Of a stretch of 64,000 nucleotides of DNA, positions 59,186 to 64,000 are shown in pieces. The notes below the pieces were generated by a model that did no database searches, was not told the DNA's origin, and saw nothing but the letters and a program-made list of their open reading frames with translations. Positions within the stretch are counted from its first letter, which is position 1. Every line of letters begins with the position of its first letter. The position numbers and the translations under genes were made by a program. Source of the DNA: a virus (taxonomy: Duplodnaviria > Caudoviricetes); the IMG/VR virus record IMGVR_UViG_3300028735_000004, positions 128,001 through 192,000 of that record. One strand, given 5' to 3'.

Positions 59186-60781
59186 TTAAACTGCTTTTGT
59201 TGGTACTGGTGCCGAGGTAGGAGGAGCTGGAGCTGGTGTAGGTGTAGGAGCGACTACTTCGGTAGGCTGTTCTGCTAATTCCTGTTGAACATTTTCTACA
59301 GCAGGTTTTTCGCCATCTAATTTATCTACTAACTCTTTATCTCTAACTTTTTTCTTCATATCTTTTAACTTAACTTCTTGTTCTCTTTGTTGTTTGATTT
59401 TATCTCTTAAAGCTTTTTGTTCTGGAGTTAAGTTTAATTCAGTTTTTTCTCCAAGTAAATCAATTTCAGATACACCTATGGAGCCTCTAAGAGAGGATAA
59501 AATACCTTCGATACGACTATTAACATAAGTAGAAGCTTCTAACATTTTATGTTGAGCTTCGGGTAATGACGGGAAGAATGAAGCTAAACCTAATTTATTT
59601 AACATAGCATCAATTATTGCTAATTGTCTGCTTATTTCTCTATTTTTAAATAAAACATTAACTTCTTCTAATTTATCAATTACATCTTGAATTGTAATAT
59701 CAGAGAAAGCGGCATCAATCAATTCATCAAATTTTGACTTAGGTTCCCTTATCCAGCCTTTTTGTTGCTCTTGTTTTTCAGGAGCTACGGCCGGTTCTAA
59801 ATTCTCTTGTGATTTTACCGGAGCACTTTCATTTAATTGTGCTTCTACAAATAATTCATCATCTTTTTCTAAAGGCAATATTTCTTGTTCTAAAATTATT
59901 TCATCTTCTACTGAATTAAGATCGGTAATACCAGATGTTTCTAAATTATCTATAAAACCAGCAATACCTTCAAAAGATTTTTCTTTTTTATCTTTATCTA
60001 AACCTGGTTCAGTTAAATCAGGGGTATTATTTGGTAATGTTCCTTTACCATCTATTTTACTATCTAACGGTAATGGGCCTTGATTTGCGTTAAAATTGCC
60101 GGGGGTATTTTGTGATAATTTATAAACAAAATCTGCAGATTTTATAAATCCTTGATTTTTTAAAATATTTGATTGTCTTATAATTAAATCATTATAAATG
60201 GAATTGGCAAAACTATTTTTATTTACTATTTGTATTTGTTTTTTTAATTCATAAATAGAATTTAATAATTTTTCAAACTCTGAACCAGCAAAAATTTGAC
60301 CATCTTGAGAAGATAATAATTTTTCAGCAGAATGTAATCTTCCTAAAATTTTTCTGCGCTGCTCTTCTATAATTCTTCTTTTTTCTTCTTTATTTAATGC
60401 TTGTTCTTTATTTGAGATTACCGCATTTTTAGCTTCAGTAGAAACATTATTAATATCTTTTAATGGGCTGGGTGGAATAAAAGAAGAAGGTGCAGGATTA
60501 GGTATAAAATAATTAGGTATATCTTCACTTACATAATAATTATTTTGGGCCGTTTTATATTTTAAGTGTTCTTTGCCTTCATAAAATTTCATCCAATTTA
60601 GAAATGCAATTTTCTCTAATTTATCCCAATTTATAGTACATTCATTAACGGCATCATTTTTGGAAGATCCCATATGAATGCGCATATAAACTTGTTTCAT
60701 AACATCTACCCACTTACTTATGTCATAAGCTGGTTTAGATGTTCCTGGATCACTATAGTTTGGATAAGATATTTTATGCAT
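59186..60781 (-). CDS. Large hypothetical coiled-coil protein with Pro-rich tail
   Basis: 531-aa ORF. Confidence 0.7.
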   Translation of the reverse strand: MHKISYPNYSDPGTSKPAYDISKWVDVMKQVYMRIHMGSSKNDAVNECTINWDKLEKIAFLNWMKFYEGKEHLKYKTAQNNYYVSEDIPNYFIPNPAPSSFIPPSPLKDINNVSTEAKNAVISNKEQALNKEEKRRIIEEQRRKILGRLHSAEKLLSSQDGQIFAGSEFEKLLNSIYELKKQIQIVNKNSFANSIYNDLIIRQSNILKNQGFIKSADFVYKLSQNTPGNFNANQGPLPLDSKIDGKGTLPNNTPDLTEPGLDKDKKEKSFEGIAGFIDNLETSGITDLNSVEDEIILEQEILPLEKDDELFVEAQLNESAPVKSQENLEPAVAPEKQEQQKGWIREPKSKFDELIDAAFSDITIQDVIDKLEEVNVLFKNREISRQLAIIDAMLNKLGLASFFPSLPEAQHKMLEASTYVNSRIEGILSSLRGSIGVSEIDLLGEKTELNLTPEQKALRDKIKQQREQEVKLKDMKKKVRDKELVDKLDGEKPAVENVQQELAEQPTEVVAPTPTPAPAPPTSAPVPTKAV

Positions 60782-60809
60782 AGCCTTATAAATATACTAT
60801 AATATTGTA

Positions 60810-61571
60810 TTAATTATCAGTTTTTTCTAAATTACTTAAAATTTGAGTTTCTAACTGTTTAACTTGCTCTAATCTTTCTTCTACTGGTAAGATATTAATT
60901 GGCGTAGATTTAATTTTTTTAATTTTTTCATTAAATAAATCAATAAATAACATAGATGTATTATAATCTAATTTAGCCAAAATTTCTTTAATTATTTCAT
61001 ATACTACACCTATATGCTGGTCTAATATTTGTATGTTAATATTATTATTTTGCTGTTGTAAAATTTGTTCTTGCGGCTTATTAATAATTTTATCATATTT
61101 TTCAAATACATCAGATAAAGTATTAAACCATTCAATTAAGGTTCTATCCATTTTGGTGTTTCTTGGATTTTCTTGAATAGTATCAAACACTTGTTCGGCA
61201 CGATATTGAATGTTAAATATCATTCTTTTTAATCTGGTATGAATATCAATCTCTTGATTTAAATACTCGGTTAATTTATCTTGATAGTCAGAGTTAGATT
61301 TTATTACTTCTTTTATTTCTTGATCTGGAGTATTTTGTTTTTCATATAATTTTATTATATCTTCTTTAATTTGAGTATAGATATCTAAGTACTCATCTTT
61401 AAATATTTCTAAAGATTTTTCAGAAAACACATATTTTTGTTCTTTATCGTATTTGACCGATAGCCATTCATTAATATCAGATAGCGGAAAACCAAGTAAT
61501 AATTTAGAAATAATCTCATCCCTATCAGGATGAGATAACATATTTTGTACTAACTCTTTATTTTTACTCAT
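60810..61571 (-). CDS. Helical protein; weak terminase small subunit candidate
   Basis: N-terminal HTH-like segment plus coiled coil upstream of terL; function is inference only. Confidence 0.3.
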   Translation of the reverse strand: MSKNKELVQNMLSHPDRDEIISKLLLGFPLSDINEWLSVKYDKEQKYVFSEKSLEIFKDEYLDIYTQIKEDIIKLYEKQNTPDQEIKEVIKSNSDYQDKLTEYLNQEIDIHTRLKRMIFNIQYRAEQVFDTIQENPRNTKMDRTLIEWFNTLSDVFEKYDKIINKPQEQILQQQNNNINIQILDQHIGVVYEIIKEILAKLDYNTSMLFIDLFNEKIKKIKSTPINILPVEERLEQVKQLETQILSNLEKTDN

Positions 61572-61584
61572 AGTACAATATATA

Positions 61585-62283
61585 TCATTTATTCATTCTT
61601 GATTCACGGGTGCTAAAAGTCATTTCTGATGGAGTTCTTTTATCCAAAAGACTTTGATTTTCTGTTGCGCCACCTGGTACTTTATTACCTTTTAAAGTGG
61701 TAAATCCAGTTCTAAAATTATAAACTTTATTATCTAAACTGCAACGCCAAACATCTTCCCCTATTCTTTCTACTTGCAATCCTGGGTGATCTGGGCAGGT
61801 TCTTGTAGATAGTGGGGCCTCAAGAGTAATATATTGTTTCCCAGCTTCGCTTTTCTCTATGGCTTCAACGGCTTCAGAAACTTTACTGTCTTGGTGTTGT
61901 CTATCTAAAGTTTGATTATACTTTTTTTTTAATTCTTCTATTTTATCTTCTTCTGCTTTTTTAAATTGAGCAACGGCATCTTTAGGCGCACCTATTGTTA
62001 ATAATATTTCATCTAAAACTGATGCTATTTTTAATAAATCAGGATCTCCACTATTATCAAAAGCGGTGGCAAGTTGAGCAACTTCATCTAAATCTGATGG
62101 AGCAAGCCCTTGTTCCATTTGCTCTAATTCAGAGGCGCCTTTTCTTAATTCTTCAGCCGCTAAAACTAAACTTTCTGCAACTTTATTTAAAACCTGATCA
62201 TTATCTTCAACACTATTTAAAATTTCATTATCAGGATTTTCTAACCAGCTGGCTAATGCTAATAGTTTTTTATAAGATTTCAT
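61585..62283 (-). CDS. Hypothetical protein with CPDH..C Zn-ribbon-like motif
   Basis: RTCPDHPG...WRCSLD. Confidence 0.65.
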   Translation of the reverse strand: MKSYKKLLALASWLENPDNEILNSVEDNDQVLNKVAESLVLAAEELRKGASELEQMEQGLAPSDLDEVAQLATAFDNSGDPDLLKIASVLDEILLTIGAPKDAVAQFKKAEEDKIEELKKKYNQTLDRQHQDSKVSEAVEAIEKSEAGKQYITLEAPLSTRTCPDHPGLQVERIGEDVWRCSLDNKVYNFRTGFTTLKGNKVPGGATENQSLLDKRTPSEMTFSTRESRMNK

Positions 62284-62642
62284 TTTTTACCTAACTGCAA
62301 AGTTGATTTAATAAAAGTGGTATAAGCATCTTGTATTAACTTAATGTCATTTATTAATTGAGATTTTGTATTTAAATATACGCTATTAAAATCAGGACCA
62401 GGAGGAACATCTTTTTGTTTTCTAATGGTGTTAATAAAATTAGTAATAGATTCTTTATCGTTTTGAAGTTGGCTTAATGAATTATAAAAATTATACAATA
62501 TATATGCCATCTCTAATAATTCATTTCTTTTATCTTTTGTATCCTGAAGTATTGCAATTGGAGGAGGACCGCCTTTAACAGGACTCCATTCTTGTTTTTG
62601 AGCAAGTTTTTTTAAAAATATAACTCTATCTTTAATATTCAA
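62280..62642 (-). CDS. Hypothetical protein
   Basis: 120-aa coupled ORF. Confidence 0.65.
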   Translation of the reverse strand: MNIKDRVIFLKKLAQKQEWSPVKGGPPPIAILQDTKDKRNELLEMAYILYNFYNSLSQLQNDKESITNFINTIRKQKDVPPGPDFNSVYLNTKSQLINDIKLIQDAYTTFIKSTLQLGKK

Positions 62643-62649
62643 TTGATCC

Positions 62650-64000
62650 TCAAAAAAGAATTTTGCTTGTCATACTTAATGCGCTTCCAGCATCCTCTAT
62701 ATTCTTTCTGTATAATGGAACACAATTACCATTCTTATCTTGATAAACTTTATTTATAGGTAATCCTGTATGACCACAGATTGTTTGTGTGCTATGCGCG
62801 TGTTTAACTTTCATATTACAAGTATTTTGCGGTTTTTCTTTTTGATTTAAACAATCAATATAAGTAGCAAACGCTGATTTATAAGCGTTTTCATATGCAA
62901 ATTTATCCGGAGTATCTTCTGAGGATTTTGCTAAAATAACATTAAGAGCATCTTCTGCTTTCTTTAAATTACCTTCGGCCATTGATTTTTCAACAATATC
63001 AACTAAAGCCCCAGGGTGTAAGGGATATAATGATGATATCGATGATGCCGCTTTATAATCAAACGATAATGAAGTTGATAATCTTGTTAAACCTTCTTTA
63101 TCAAAAGTTTCAATAGATCCGTTTGATACGATAAATGGAGATAATTCAACATTATTTCCACTTATTTTAACAGGAGTAGTAAAAACAACATTATTTGCTT
63201 TTACTGTAAAAGAAACATCATCATCTCCTACATCTGATAATGACATTTGATAATCTTTTATACCTAATTCATTAAGAGCTGATTTTAGAATTTGAGATGC
63301 TTTATTTAAAGCTTGTTTTCCAAATTTAAATTCTGCTATTCCTGCTTTACTATCAAAATGTTTTGCAAAATTTAATATTTCAGTATCTTCATATTTTGGC
63401 AAATCTAAATCTTTTTGTTCTAATTCCGGGATAGAATTATAAACTACATTATTATCAAATAAACTGCCCGATGTTTCAGCTTGGGCATTTAATTTTGAAA
63501 CCGCTAAATCAACACCACTAATAGTATCTTCTTCAAGTGAAGCTAAAGCGTTTAATACTTTTTGTTCATTTACTTTTAATGATGAACCAGCATTAGATAA
63601 TATATAATTTTTAATACTATCTTCTGTTAGTTCTACCGGACCCTCATTTCCTATAAAAACTGAAGGAAATAATGGAGTTTTACCATTCATTTCTACTGGC
63701 AATAATACATTAGTTAAACCTTTAGGAGTTTCAAAAGAAGCTTTGCATAAAATGAAATGATCTTCTTTTCCTCCAACAATCGATACTTCTTTTGGTGATA
63801 TAAGTAATGAATTTAATGAATTAAAACAAACATCAGCGGCTTTTTTAGCCGTAATTGATGAATAAGCTTCTTTTTTAACGCCAAATGCTAAATTTAAAGA
63901 AGATAATAATACCGGGTCTATTACTTTATCATAAATAGAATCTAATGAAGCATCAGCCGAATCATCACTTCTATCATAGATTTTAACTTGATTTTTATTT
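62650..64000 (-). CDS. Hypothetical protein, 5'-partial, with C-terminal Cys/His motif
   Basis: Frame stays open from 63702 to the window end; C..H..CGH..C tail. Confidence 0.7.
   Translation of the reverse strand, partial: NKNQVKIYDRSDDSADASLDSIYDKVIDPVLLSSLNLAFGVKKEAYSSITAKKAADVCFNSLNSLLISPKEVSIVGGKEDHFILCKASFETPKGLTNVLLPVEMNGKTPLFPSVFIGNEGPVELTEDSIKNYILSNAGSSLKVNEQKVLNALASLEEDTISGVDLAVSKLNAQAETSGSLFDNNVVYNSIPELEQKDLDLPKYEDTEILNFAKHFDSKAGIAEFKFGKQALNKASQILKSALNELGIKDYQMSLSDVGDDDVSFTVKANNVVFTTPVKISGNNVELSPFIVSNGSIETFDKEGLTRLSTSLSFDYKAASSISSLYPLHPGALVDIVEKSMAEGNLKKAEDALNVILAKSSEDTPDKFAYENAYKSAFATYIDCLNQKEKPQNTCNMKVKHAHSTQTICGHTGLPINKVYQDKNGNCVPLYRKNIEDAGSALSMTSKILF

Noticed and set aside
254-62294. 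Many short antisense or alternate-frame ORFs in the track (e.g. 254-442, 2498-2785, 11556-12029, 24848-25225, 25818-26331, 43488-43868, 50102-50416, 56707-57108)
   Set aside because: They overlap better-supported genes and show no independent motifs; they are shadow ORFs.
1-64000. Stop-codon reassignment (code 15 or 4)
   Set aside because: Long genes are unbroken in code 11. TGA and TAA both end coupled genes. The two in-frame stops found are TAA, the dominant terminator.
1-64000. tRNA/rRNA genes near the CCA-adding enzyme
   Set aside because: No cloverleaf or T-loop consensus noticed by eye and intergenic gaps are short; a tRNA scan would be needed to exclude them fully.

Overview
Very AT-rich, gene-dense segment of a large tailed dsDNA phage (jumbo-phage-like Caudoviricetes), almost all on the minus strand, standard code 11. 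The right half (about 31-64 kb) is the head-morphogenesis module: gpA-type terminase large subunit, portal, an 1120-aa prohead protease/scaffold, two paralogous decoration-like proteins, an HK97-fold major capsid protein, and many unknown probable virion proteins. A CCA-adding/poly(A) polymerase-family enzyme, a CX5R phosphatase and a lysozyme-like protein are interleaved. The left half carries a DNA methyltransferase/homing endonuclease cluster and a Thr-rich collagen-like fibre gene. That gene is followed directly by a roughly 12 kb sugar-biosynthesis/glycosyltransferase operon (GT2-TPR-MTase-GT4 fusion, two GT4s, MTases, cupin, NDP-hexose C-methyltransferase, RmlB, oxidoreductase, orphan receiver), then patatin, a cold-shock protein, two beta-helix spike genes and neck-like genes. 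Manual reading shows lesions the ORF track hides: a 1.25 kb internal inversion in one spike gene, frameshifts, internal deletions, in-frame TAA codons and an ATA start. All lie outside the core head genes. Best candidate for a new system: phage-encoded glycosylation of a collagen-like virion fibre. All product calls come from motif recognition only; no database search was run.
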